From Mobula hypostoma (Eukaryota), in NCBI RefSeq assembly GCF_963921235.1, contig NC_086108.1, positions 56,112,001-56,176,000 of the forward strand: 64,000 nucleotides of DNA. Reading direction: 5' to 3'. The notes beneath the pieces were generated by a model. The model was not told the origin of the DNA, ran no database searches, and saw only the letters and a list, made by a program, of their open reading frames with translations. Every line of letters begins with the position of its first letter. Position 1 is the first letter of the stretch. The translations under genes were made by a program, and so were the position numbers. Positions 14,062-25,639 of the stretch are shown here, one piece after another.

Positions 14062-14073
14062 AGGCGCAGTCCA
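14062..14073 (+). CDS. SGIP1: SGIP1 12-nt microexon 2 (RRSP)
   Basis: Pyrimidine tract, then TGCcgaacacAG|AGGCGCAGTCCA|GTGAGT, phase 0/0. Corresponds to the second RRSP of SGIP1. Confidence 0.87.
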
Positions 14074-14747
14074 GTGAGTATTCTTTATTTGTATTTCAGT
14101 AACCACAAATTTTTTAAAGCTTTGTTCATTATTCAGTTCATTAAGGAAAAGAGATGTTGAGGCTGAAGAAGTTGACTTGTTTAGATCTAATTTGAACAAG
14201 AATTAAACCTATTTATTTAAGTCTTCATGCACTAAAGGTGTTGTATTGCTTACTGATAGAGCCAGGAGTAATATATACTGTAATGCTAAAGATCAAATAA
14301 AATTTAAGATAAGGGAAACAACAGGAAGTTAAAATCTGCTTAATGTCACCTTCAACAAACCACCTATCACAGTAGCATCTGTTCATTTCAGAAGCGGTAG
14401 GAGTAACTACTGCTCAGTCCTTGCAGATAAATTGGATAGATTCAGAACAGATGAAGTAACTTGAAACAGACCACATTCCTCAACTTACTATTGCTATCAA
14501 ACAGGTGGCTCTGCCTTTGTTCAGTAAGAATGTTGAAGAGTATAACAAAGAAAAATGGCAGGACCCCATTCTGGAGATGCATCACAAATCACAGACTGCA
14601 GATCTAAGTAATCCCAGATCAGAGCCCAGCTCTAGATGTTGGTGGGCTGTTACAAGACCAAGGCAAGGAGGAGGTTCCATGAAGGTCTCCACCTACAGCC
14701 AAAGAGAGTTCAGTAAGTGAGTGCATGAAGCCTGACTGAAACACTCA

Positions 14748-14960
14748 CATAGAACATAGAAAATCTACAGCACATTACAGGCCTTTCGGCCCACAGTGCT
14801 ATGCCGACCATGTGACCTACTCTAGAAGCTGCCCAGAATTTCCCTACCACTTAGCCCCCTATTTTTCTAAGCTCCATGTACCTATCTCTCTTAAAAGACC
14901 CTATTGTATCCGCCTCTACTGCCTTCGCTGGGTGGGCATTCCACAACACCCACCACTCAC
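14748..14960 (-). mobile_element. CR1 3'-end fragment
   Basis: catagaacatagaa tail. Reverse-complementary to the + strand CR1 tail at about 27395-27605. Confidence 0.65.
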
Positions 14961-15829
14961 CAGCCATTGCTGAGGTCCTGGCCACCATCAGAGAAGCCAG
15001 CCTTCAGCTAATTTAATTTACACCATGAAATGGCAAGTAAAAGCTGAATACATTGGAGATATTAGTGGCTGTGTGCTCTGACATCCCAGGTGCCGTGACA
15101 AAGAGTCAGCAGCAACCGGAGCTAATACAACAACTGGACTGTATTCCTAAGGCAAGCTAGTTGATGGTTAATTTGAGAATCAGGCTGGAGTTACTAAGCA
15201 TGTTGTAGAGAATGGGTGACGGGCAAATAAATATAGGAATGGAATTGCAGAAGGATGATGCTGAGAGCTGACAAAGGCCCAATGGCCCTAACAACCTCCC
15301 TCGATGCTGTAATAAATGTGAGATGATAACTAAGTAATGATGTGAAAGATTATCTGGCTATATTACTTAGGTAGGTTTTCAATAAGAACTTAAACAGTGG
15401 GCTACCTTTCCTTTGAGTGAATTGGCCAATTAATTAGATCATGAATGATCCAATTTTGCCCTCACTTTTTTCCTAGCACCACGTCACTCTTTTGTGGTCA
15501 TTCTCAGCCTTCAATATATTTATCTCCACCTCCAAAACTCTCTGGGATAGATCATTTCTCTCAACTCCATCTGAAGTTGGTGACTCCTTATTCTATAATT
15601 CTGCTTCCTGGTTCTAGATACCAGGTCTCCAAATTTCTTTGTAAAAACGGAATTTTGAGGTCTTAGTTTAAGTAATAATTTGTTGCTTTATTCCTTCTTC
15701 CAGCAGATAACCTCACATTTATCCTAACCTGGTGCCCACTCAGTTAATCTATCTCTATACTTATCACTATTTGCTAACTCATGTGCCTATGTGTCATCAG
15801 TGAATCTGACCACAGTACACTCAGCCCCT

Positions 15830-16017
15830 CACATAAATTGCTGAAGAAACTCAGCAGGTCAGGCAGCATCTATGGAAAGGAATAAACAGTCAACATTACA
15901 GGTCAACATCGACTGTTTATTCCTTTCCATTGATGCTGTCTAACCTACTGAGTTCCTTCAACATTTTGTGTGTGTTGCTCTGGTTTCCCAGCATCAGTAG
16001 AATCCCTTCTGTTTATG
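15830..16017. mobile_element. Short palindromic PLE-end fold-back element
   Basis: Inverted arms (gaaactcagcaggtcaggcagcatctatggaaaggaataaacagtc / gactgtttattcctttccattgatgctgtctaacctactgagttcc). Probable TSD ctcagcccct/ctcagcctct at 15820-15829 and 16018-16027. Confidence 0.8.
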
Positions 16018-17027
16018 CTCAGCCTCTTCATTAGAGTCATTAACATAGTTTAGTAACAGTTAAGGTTTCAGAATGGATTGTTGTGACACACATCTGGATA
16101 ATGATAGACAATCCAAAATGATGCACGTATCTCAACTCCTTATTTTCTATTACTTAGCAAATCCCATTTCCATGACATATTATAACCATATAACCATATA
16201 ACAATTACAGCATGGAAACAGGCCCTCTCGGCCCTTCTAGTCCATGCCGAACTCTTACTCTCACCTAGTCCCACCAACCTGCACTCAGCACATAACCCTC
16301 CATTCCTTTCCTCTCCATATAGCTATCCAATTTAACTTTAAATGACAACATAGAACTTGCCTCAACCACTTCTCCTGGAAGCTTGATCCACACAGCTACC
16401 ACTCTCTGCGTAAAGAAGTTCCCCCTCATGTTACCCCTAAACTTTTGCCCTTTAACTCTCAACTCATGTCCTCTTGTTTGAATCTCCCCCACTCTCAATG
16501 GAAAAAGCCTATCCATGTCAACTCTATCTATCCCCCTCATAATTTTAAATACTTCTATCAAGTTCTCCCTCAACCTTCTACGCTCCAAAGAATAAAGACC
16601 CAACTTGTTCAACCTTTCTCTGTAATTTAGGAGATGAAACCCAGGCAACATTCTAGTAAATCTTCTCTGTACTCTCTCAATTTTGTTGACATCTTTCCTA
16701 TAATTCGATGACCAGAACTGTACACAATACACCAAATTTGGCCTTACCAATGCCTTGAGCAATTTCAACATTACATCCCAATTTCTATACTCAATGCTCT
16801 GATTTATAAAGGCCAGCATACCAAAAACTTTCTTCACCACCCTATCCACATGAGATTCCACTTTCAGGGAACTATGCACCATTATTCCTAGATCCCTCTG
16901 TTCTACTGCATTCTTCAATGCCCTACCACTTACTATGTATGTCCTATTTTGATTAGTCCTACCAAAATGTAGCACCTCACATTTTTCAGCATTAAACGCC
17001 ATCTGCCGTCTTTCAACCCACTCTTCT

Positions 17028-20000
17028 TTCTCTCTTTAAATCTTTTTATTGAGTAAGTATACAAAAAAGGTAAGCCATATAAACATTAATACAATGTTAA
17101 AGTATAATAAAATTCCAAAAGATAACAATACCAAAAAGAAAATACTACAAACAATGTAATTTAAGCATAAGAAACCAAGATAACATAATAGTATACTAGA
17201 TTTTATATATATCAATGGAAAAAAAGAAAAAAAAAACCCCAAAAAAAACCCACCGTGCAACTAACTAAAAGCAAAGCAAAGCAATGGGCTAACTTGAAAC
17301 CAAACAGAGTTAAACTTAAAATCACGTCCTCAATCCCGACCTCCATTAAAACAGTGAAAAAAAACAAGAAGGGTAAATATTACATTAAATGAAAATATCG
17401 AATAAAAGGTCCCCAAATCTGTTCAAATTTAAATGAAAAATCATAAAGGTTACTTCTAATTTTCTCCAGATTCAAACATAAAATCGTCTGAGAAAACCAA
17501 AAAAAGGTAGTTGGAGCATTAAGCTCTTTCCAATGTTGTAAAATACATCTTTTCGCCATTAAAGTAAGAAATGCAATCATTCTACGGGCTGAAGGGGAAA
17601 GATTACTAGAAATTTTAGGTAGTCCAAAGATAGCAGTAATAGGGTGAGGAGAGATATCTATATTTAATACCTTAGAAATAATATTGAAAATATCTCTCCA
17701 AAAAGTTTCCAAAGTAGGGCAAGACCAAAACATATGAGTTAAAGAGGCTATCTGCCCCGAACATCTATCACAGAAAGGATTAATATGCGAGTAAAAACGC
17801 GCTAACTTATCTTTGGACATATGTGCTCTATGCACCACTTTAAATTGAATTAGGGAATGTTTAGCACAAATAGAGGAAGTATTAACTAATTGTAAAATCT
17901 GCCCCCAATCATCCACAGAAATGGTAAGCCCCAATTCCTGTTCCCAATCTACCCTAATCTTATCAAATGGAGCTTTCCTAAGTTTCATAATAATATTATA
18001 AATCATAGCCGATGCACCTTTCTGACATGGATTAAGGTTAATTATCGAATCTAAAATATATATAGGAGGAAGCATTGGAAAGGAAGAAAGTATAGTACTT
18101 AGGAAATTTCTAACTTGTAAATATCTAAAAAAATGTATTCTTGATAAGTTATATTTATTAGATAATTGTTCAAAAGACATAAGGGAACCATCTAAAAATA
18201 AATCCAAAAACCGTAAAATACCCTTAGTCTTCCAAGTTTGAAAAGCGCGATCCGTAAAAGAGGGAGGAAAAAATATGTTACCTAAAATAGGAATCGCTAA
18301 CCCGAATTGATTAAGATCAAAAAATTTTCTGAATTGAAACCAAATACGCAAAGCATATTTAACGATCGGGTTAGAGACCTGCTTAAAGCGTTTCGAATCA
18401 AAAGGAAGAGATGAACCTAAAATAGAACCAAGTGTATAACCCTGAACAGATTGTAATTCCAATGCTACCCATTTAGGAATAGATAGTATATCCCGGTCAA
18501 GTAACCAAAATTTCATATGTCGAATATTAATAGCCCAATAATAAAATCTAAAGTTAGGTAATGCTAAACCTCCATCTCTCTTAGCTTTCTGTAAATGTAT
18601 TTTACCCAGTCTCGGATTCTTATTCTGCCAAATAAATGAAGAAATTTTAGAGTCGACTTTATCAAAAAAAGATTTAGGAACGAAAATTGGTAATACCTGA
18701 AACACATATAAAAATTTTGGCAAAAAAAACATCTTAACTGCATTAATACGACCAATCAAAGTTAAATATAAGGGAAACCATTTAGATGAAAGTTGAGTAA
18801 TATGGTCTATTAATGGTAAAAAGTTAGTCTTAAATAAATCTTTATGTTTACAAGTAATTTTAATCCCAAGATATGAAAGGTAATTATTAATCAATTTAAA
18901 TGGAAATTTATAATATAAGGAAAGATGTTTATTAATCGGAAAAAGTTCACTCTTACTAAGATTTAATTTATAACCTGAGAAAAGACCAAATTGTGCTAAT
19001 AACTCTAAAACAACAGGAATAGATCTCTCAGGATTAGAAATATATAAAAGTAAATCATCAGCATAGAGTGATAATTTATGGGACTTTAATCCCCGAGTTA
19101 TCCCAGTAATATTTGAAGATTCTCGAATAGCAATTGCAAGAGGTTCTAATGCAATATCAAATAATAGGGGACTAAGAGGACAGCCTTGTCGAGTACCACG
19201 AAAGAGAGGAAAAAAAGGTGAGTTTAAAGAGTTAGTACGAACCGAGGCTACAGGGGAGTGATATAACAGTTTAATCCAGGATATAAATTTCAAGCTAAAA
19301 TTAAACATTTCAAGCACCTTAAATAAATAAGGCCATTCTACTCTATCAAAAGCTTTCTCGGCATCTAAAGAAATAACACACTCAGGAACATTTTGTGAGG
19401 GAGTATAAACGATATTTAACAATGTACGAATATTATAAAAAGAGTAACGACCTTTAATAAAACCCGTTTGGTCTTCCGAAATAATAGAAGGAAGTACTTT
19501 TTCTAGTCTATTTGCTAATAACTTAGAAAAAACTTTAGAATCAACATTTAATAAAGATATTGGTCTATAAGATGCACATTGAGCAGGGTCTTTATCCTTC
19601 TTTAGTATTAAAGAAATTGATGCTCTATTAAAAGATTCCGGAAGTTTACCAAGTTTCAAAGAAGCCTCAAAAACCTTATAGAGCCAAGGAATCAATAAAG
19701 AAGCAAAACATTTATAAAATTCAACGGTAAACCCATCAGGGCCAGGAGCTTTCCCCAGATTCATAGAAAAAATAACATTCTTAATCTCATCCATTGTAAT
19801 GGAAGTATCTAATAAAGAAGACATATCCTGTGAAATCTGAGGAAAGTCTAACTTATCTAAAAAATCATTCATATATTTAGAATCTCGAGGAGACTCTGAT
19901 TGATATAAAGAAGAATAAAAATCACAAAAGGTTTGATTAATCCCCACATGATCCAATATCAATCGATCATTTTGGTTATAAATCTGATTGATTTGAGATT

Positions 20001-21490
20001 TAACATAATTAGATTTCAATTGATTAGCCAGCAGCTTGCCAATTTTATCACTGTGAACATAAAAATCACTTCTTGTTTTCTTTAATTGGTTTACAATCGA
20101 GGACGAGGGTAGTAAACTGTGTTCCATTTGAAGTTCAGTTCTTTGTTTGTATAGCTCCTCAGAAGGAGCCATAACATATTTCTTATCAATTTCTTTAATC
20201 TTGTCCACAATTGCCATCTCCTCCTGCTTCTGTTTCTTCCTCAAAGCAACGGAATACGAAATAATCTGACCCCGAATATAGGCTTTAAAAGTGTCCCAAA
20301 GAGTGTTAACCGAAATATCTTCTGTATGGTTAATTGTAAAAAAAAGCTCAATCTGTTCATTCATAAAATTAACAAAGTCCGAGTCCTGAAGCAACAGCGA
20401 ATTAAAACGCCATTGTCTATTGTTTGGTATATTGGCCATAATTTTAATAGAAAACTTAAGTGGAGCATGATCCGAAATGGTTATAGAATCATAATCACAT
20501 TTAATCACTGAAGGAATGAGACGAGAATCAATAAAAAAATAATCAATTCTTGAATAGGAATGATGAACATGTGAAAAAAAGGAAAAATCTTTTTCCTGAG
20601 GATGCAGAAAACGCCAAATGTCCGTCGACCCAGAATCAGAAAGGAAAAAATTAATCAAATTTGCAGATTTATTAGGTAAAGTCCGTAAAGGAGCCGAACG
20701 GTCCAAAGCTGGAGATAAACAGGTATTAAGATCTCCGCCCCAAATCAATGAAAACTCGTTCAAATTAGGAAACTGATCAAACAATGATTTATAAAATTCC
20801 GGACAATCCATATTAGGAGCATAAACATTAACCAAAACTACTTTTTTATTAAATAGTAAACCACTAACCAATAAAAATCTACCATTCGGATCAGAGATAA
20901 TATCCTGTTGTATAAAAGTAACTGAGGAATCTATAAAAATAGAGACGCCTCGAATCTTAGCATTGGAGTTCGAATGAAATTGTTGTCCCTTCCAGAATTT
21001 GAAAAAACGTAGTCTGTCCCCCCTCCGTACATGGGTCTCTTGTAAAAATAAAATTTGTGCTTTAAGTCTCCGGAACACTTTAAAAACTTTTTTTCTTTTA
21101 ATAGGATGATTAAGACCATTAGTATTCCAGGAGACAAAATTAATAATAGACTCCATAAATCCTAAAGTCAACCCACAACAAGGAGGATTGACAATAGGCG
21201 CGACCCACAAACCCGGAGAGGAAACAGAACATACAAAAGATACCGGGGAAAAGGACGCAACCAGTACTTCAATAATGTATATAGCCCAAAGAAAAACAAA
21301 CTAAAACGTGAAGCCCCACCCGCCCACCCCCCAGCCCAAGACCCCAAGGCAAAATCTAAAGCAGACCCGCCAGAAAGAAGCAAGCGCTAAAACTACCCCC
21401 ATGACTTCCGGTATACGCTCCCTAAAAAAAAGGTATAAATATGAAAAGGATCAGCTAATTGTAAAACAGTAAAAAAATAAGTAAAAAAAA
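17028..21490 (-). mobile_element. L1-clade non-LTR retrotransposon, 5'-truncated upstream of ORF2, 14-bp TSD
   Basis: TSD caacccactcttct at 17014-17027 and 21491-21504. Intact ORF2, 3'UTR with AATAAA and a short GA-rich tail. No ORF1 is present. Confidence 0.95.
17380..21156 (-). CDS. L1 ORF2: APE endonuclease, reverse transcriptase and C-terminal CCHC; 1258 aa from the ATG at 21156
   Basis: Motifs SWNTNG, LQETH, NVYAP, GDLN, SRIDY, SDH; GPDG, YRPISL, DAEKAFD, GTRQGCPLSP, YADD, YLG; CDRC-x8-H-x4-C. No stops. Confidence 0.95.
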   Translation of the reverse strand: MESIINFVSWNTNGLNHPIKRKKVFKVFRRLKAQILFLQETHVRRGDRLRFFKFWKGQQFHSNSNAKIRGVSIFIDSSVTFIQQDIISDPNGRFLLVSGLLFNKKVVLVNVYAPNMDCPEFYKSLFDQFPNLNEFSLIWGGDLNTCLSPALDRSAPLRTLPNKSANLINFFLSDSGSTDIWRFLHPQEKDFSFFSHVHHSYSRIDYFFIDSRLIPSVIKCDYDSITISDHAPLKFSIKIMANIPNNRQWRFNSLLLQDSDFVNFMNEQIELFFTINHTEDISVNTLWDTFKAYIRGQIISYSVALRKKQKQEEMAIVDKIKEIDKKYVMAPSEELYKQRTELQMEHSLLPSSSIVNQLKKTRSDFYVHSDKIGKLLANQLKSNYVKSQINQIYNQNDRLILDHVGINQTFCDFYSSLYQSESPRDSKYMNDFLDKLDFPQISQDMSSLLDTSITMDEIKNVIFSMNLGKAPGPDGFTVEFYKCFASLLIPWLYKVFEASLKLGKLPESFNRASISLILKKDKDPAQCASYRPISLLNVDSKVFSKLLANRLEKVLPSIISEDQTGFIKGRYSFYNIRTLLNIVYTPSQNVPECVISLDAEKAFDRVEWPYLFKVLEMFNFSLKFISWIKLLYHSPVASVRTNSLNSPFFPLFRGTRQGCPLSPLLFDIALEPLAIAIRESSNITGITRGLKSHKLSLYADDLLLYISNPERSIPVVLELLAQFGLFSGYKLNLSKSELFPINKHLSLYYKFPFKLINNYLSYLGIKITCKHKDLFKTNFLPLIDHITQLSSKWFPLYLTLIGRINAVKMFFLPKFLYVFQVLPIFVPKSFFDKVDSKISSFIWQNKNPRLGKIHLQKAKRDGGLALPNFRFYYWAINIRHMKFWLLDRDILSIPKWVALELQSVQGYTLGSILGSSLPFDSKRFKQVSNPIVKYALRIWFQFRKFFDLNQFGLAIPILGNIFFPPSFTDRAFQTWKTKGILRFLDLFLDGSLMSFEQLSNKYNLSRIHFFRYLQVRNFLSTILSSFPMLPPIYILDSIINLNPCQKGASAMIYNIIMKLRKAPFDKIRVDWEQELGLTISVDDWGQILQLVNTSSICAKHSLIQFKVVHRAHMSKDKLARFYSHINPFCDRCSGQIASLTHMFWSCPTLETFWRDIFNIISKVLNIDISPHPITAIFGLPKISSNLSPSARRMIAFLTLMAKRCILQHWKELNAPTTFFWFSQTILCLNLEKIRSNLYDFSFKFEQIWGPFIRYFHLM

Positions 21491-24332
21491 CAACCCACTC
21501 TTCTAACTGGCCTAAATCTCTCTGCAAGCTTTGAAAACCAACTTCATTATCCACAACTCCACCTATCTTAGTATCATCTGCATACTTAGTAATCCAATTT
21601 ACCACCCCATCATCCAGATCATTAATATATATGACAAACAACATTGGACCCAGTACAGATCTCTGAGGCACACCATTAGACACCAACCTCCAATCTGACA
21701 AACAGTTATCCACCACTACTCTCTGGCGTCTCCCGTCCAGCCACTGCTGAATCTATTTTACTACTTCAATATTGATACCTAACGATTGAACCTTCCTAAT
21801 TAACCTTCCGTGTGGAACCTTGTCAAAGGCCTTACTGAAGTCCATATAGATAACATCCACCACTTTACCCTTGTCAACTTTCCAAGTAACCTCTTCAAAA
21901 AATTCAGTAAGATTTGTCAAACATGACCTTCCATGCACAAATCCATGTTGACTGTTCCTAATCAGACCCTGTCTATCCAGATAATTATATATACCATCTC
22001 TAAGAATACTTTCTATCAATTTACTCACCACTGACGTCAAACTCACAGGCCGATATTTGCTGGCTTTACTCTTAGAACCCTTTTTAAACAATGGAACAAC
22101 ATGAGCAATACGCCAATCCTCCAACACCATCCCGGTTTCTAATGACACTCCCCTCCCCCACCATCCTGTGTGTTCTTACTCTATGGTGTAAGCCTTTATG
22201 TAGCATCTAATCTAACATCTTCTCGCAATTCAAATGTTCCACGTCTCAATGAGGTTGAGAGGGATAATAAATCAGCCATGATGGAATGGTGGAACAGACT
22301 TGATAGGCCAAATGGCCTAATTCAGCTCCTATATCTTATGGAGTTATCTACCCTTTGTATTGCATCCTCAAAAGACTTGCAAATATGTTAAATACAGTTT
22401 CTTTTTCGTAAAACCATATTGGCTCTGCTGTGTGATTTTTTTAATATTCTGCTGTTATCTCCTTAATAAAGGGTTTCCAGAATATCCCAGTGACAGATTT
22501 AACTGGCCCATAATTTTCTACTTTCTCTCTTCCTCCTTTCTTGAGCAGGACAAATCCAGTCTGGCCAGTTACTTCCCAAATCACTAATAAAGAGAAGGAA
22601 AGTGTCATAAATATTATTGTCACTAATAACCTGGGCAGTGATGTTTGAGTTAAGTGCCTCCAAGAGCAACTGACTCCATATTTCATTAGATCCTAAGTTG
22701 AAATGGAGCTGACTTCCTGGGGTGAGAGTAATTGTTTTTGACATCAAGGCACTACAGGTTCTTTGGGGAAATTTTTCACTGGCTGGAGCTATACGAAACA
22801 GGAGAGAAGATCAATGTGTTTGTGAAAGCCAACCAGCTCAGTCAGAGTTGTCCCGATGATTTTCTCAAGACAAAGACTAGATGGTCTGATGCTTTTACTG
22901 ACAATTGCACAGACTCTGTTCCATTTGAAAATCCTCAGATTCAATCCTTGGGTGCTATCAATATAGAGACTACACATTCTCCCCATGACAGCGTAGATTC
23001 CACCTCCCTAAGACATGCTGGTTAATTGGCTACTGCTAATTGCCTCTAATATAGGTAGGTGGTAGGAAAATCAAGGGGAGTTGATGGGCATGTGGAAGAG
23101 AGATGTTGATAGGAAATAAATGGGGTAATGGAATTGATCTGAGGCCTAGCTTAGATTTAATGGATTGAATGTTTTCACATGGTACAGAAACAGACCTTTC
23201 ATCTCATCTTGTCTATGCCAACCAGGATGTCTATTTTAGTTGGTCCTGTCTTCTAACGTTTATCACATAGGTTATGAGAAATACAAGAAGTATATAAACA
23301 GCCAATGTCCACATACATAAAGTCAACATTCAGGCATGTGCTGATAAAGTGACATTCCCTTCGATCAAATTCCAGACAATGATTTCCTCCATGAAGATCA
23401 AGTTGAACCACCTATCTTGAATATTCGAACAGCATTGCAACTTGCAAATAACCAGGGGGTGAGGAGGAATGGTCTCTATTAATGAGAAACTAAACTGGAT
23501 AGGCCAGATGCCTACAGAAGAGATCAGAATTTGGGCATCCAGCAGTGTGTAACTCATGGCTTACTCCTCAGAACCTTTTAACTATCTGCAATACTTGAGA
23601 AGCTGGACTCAGTCAGAAAAAAAAAAGTCTGCTTTTTTGGAGTCCTTTCTTCCTGCCCCTAGAACACATAAAACATTTATTTTCTCCACTATTGGCTGCA
23701 TCAAATATGAACTACACAACGCTTCTTCAAAAATTCCCCTCATCCACAGCCTCCCAGAAAGATAGAAACGATAGGTAAAACAGAATTCATCTCGTAGCAA
23801 ATTCCATCCAAGTTGAAACTGATACTGACTTGGAAAAAAAAACAGTACTGTACTTTGCTGTTTCTTCACCCGAGTCCAAATTCTAGAACTTCTTTCCTAA
23901 CACATGATGCATCCTCCTCCACCATAATGGTTGCGGTGGTTCAGGATGGCAGCGGACTGTGACGTTCTCAATAGCATCTAGGGATAGATGATAAATAGTG
24001 GACTTTCAATGTTCCCCATATTCTATACTTAACTAAAATATAACACCTTTCTGACTCAGCCAAGAGTGCTACCATTTAGGCAACAGGAACGAAAATCCTG
24101 CAAAGGAAGAAGAACCTGAAATGAAAGAATCTCATCTCAGTACAAAAAGCAAACTCCCCATGGTAAAATGTAGATAATCTCCCATGTTTCCATCCTGTTG
24201 GATGAACCTCTACTTACTGTAAGTTTTGTTCATGGTTACACCATCATTTAGTACCAAATGGTATTTGGCAGGTCAGTCTATCTTTTATATAGGAAGTCAT
24301 CCATGTCAATACCTTTTCTATTTTTTTTCCAG

Positions 24333-24357
24333 GCAATTATCAAAAGAAACTTATCTT
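24333..24357 (+). CDS. SGIP1: SGIP1 25-nt exon (AIIKRNLS+T)
   Basis: ttttccAG|GCAATTATCAAAAGAAACTTATCTT|GTAAGT. Matches GAIKRNLSS, phase 0/1. Confidence 0.9.
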
Positions 24358-24871
24358 GTAAGTATCCATGTTTATTTTTAATAACGACCCATCAAGGGCT
24401 TTCAAGTAGAAAAAGATATGCCAAGAAGGCAAAAACCAAAATGCTGCAATCGCTGCACAGTGGCAAGAAGATACCTTACTGAAACCTTTGATTTGAAAAA
24501 CAATGGAATTATCAGGGAGTTAGTGGTTCTGGCAAAAAAAATCAAGAATATTAAGAGGAGAAACCACGTAAAAGGTGGTCTCATTACACCCTTGTATAAA
24601 TGTTTTAAAATAAGCTTGGAACTTAGGGGCAAAGCGCAGGATCTTTTATTAAATAATACCCTTACATTTTCTTGAGTTACTATGTTTGTTGAGTAAGTAC
24701 TACTGCATAAAAGCCAGTTTTGTATATGGTCCCAGCTCTGCTGAAGATACTTGTTGCAGCCAGGATATCTAAATAAATTAAGAAAGATGTAAAATCACAT
24801 TTCAATATATAGGTACTATTACTGTTTCTACTTTTCAAGAGGAAAATAAATTATTGTTTTGTTTTGTTCAG

Positions 24872-24923
24872 GTGAGGAAATAGCTCGCCCAAGACGGTCA
24901 ACGCCTACATCAGAAGTTGTCAG
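24872..24923 (+). CDS. SGIP1: SGIP1 exon ((C)EEIARPRRSTPTSEVV)
   Basis: ttcAG|GTGAGGAAATAGCT...GTCAG|GTACTT, 52 nt. Matches EEVARPRRSTPTPEL and keeps the frame. Confidence 0.92.
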
Positions 24924-25639
24924 GTACTTGTAGCCAATTGCTTCTTCCACTGAGTAGTAAGCAGTAATCATCAACATGTACTAAACATGAGCCAAGTTTT
25001 AGGCTGTGTGGAGCATTAAAAATGAAAAGTAGATCCAGTGTGAAGGTTTATGAACTGGTAACAAAACCCATTCTTTTCCTTTCCAGACAATCCTTTCAAT
25101 GAAAATAAAAGTCTCCTGTTGAATAAAATAAATCTTTTGGCATCATGTTAAGCATCCTTTGCATCTGCTAAAAGACCTTTATGCATTTTCCAATTATGGC
25201 AGAGAGTAGGACACATGCCGGGTTAAAAACAAAAATCTTTCAATCGTGAAGTATGCAGTGTCAACTTTGTTGTCATAATCTTCTTGGCAGGTTCAATCCA
25301 ATATGTACATGTTGCATCCTAAGTTTCTCGAGGGAAGTTTTAGATTGAGCAAAAATTCTCAAATCTAATTAGCTTATCTTCAATTCTACATTTGATAATT
25401 GAATTTTCAATTTTGGATCAATCCTATCAAACCCAGAATTATTCTTAATTGTTAAACATCTGCAAGACAAACTGAGTAGGTTCAATGTCAGCAAAACCAT
25501 TAACCAACTTCCCAAGATATGCCATTTTGCTGTTTATGAATCTGTTTCATTCTTGGAACAGCTTAACTCATTTTCTCATATTAAGTCATGGCTGGCCTTC
25601 AAACATCAAGAGTCACTGCACATTATAAGACCTGGCAGT

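Larger units (their letters stand above)
16182..22147 (-). mobile_element. CR1 LINE (ORF2 RT to 3' end) split by the L1 insertion
   Basis: YRPVSLTSVV, DFSKAFDKVPH, GVPQRSVLGP and KYADDTK on the right. The frame rejoins across the insert as QLEEWV/ERRQMAFNAEKC. Octamer tail (ataaccat)n at 16182-16203. Confidence 0.93.

Noticed and set aside
24362..24370. U12-like donor GTATCCAT
   Set aside because: It mismatches the consensus and would shift the frame. The canonical GTAAGT at 24358 keeps the frame.
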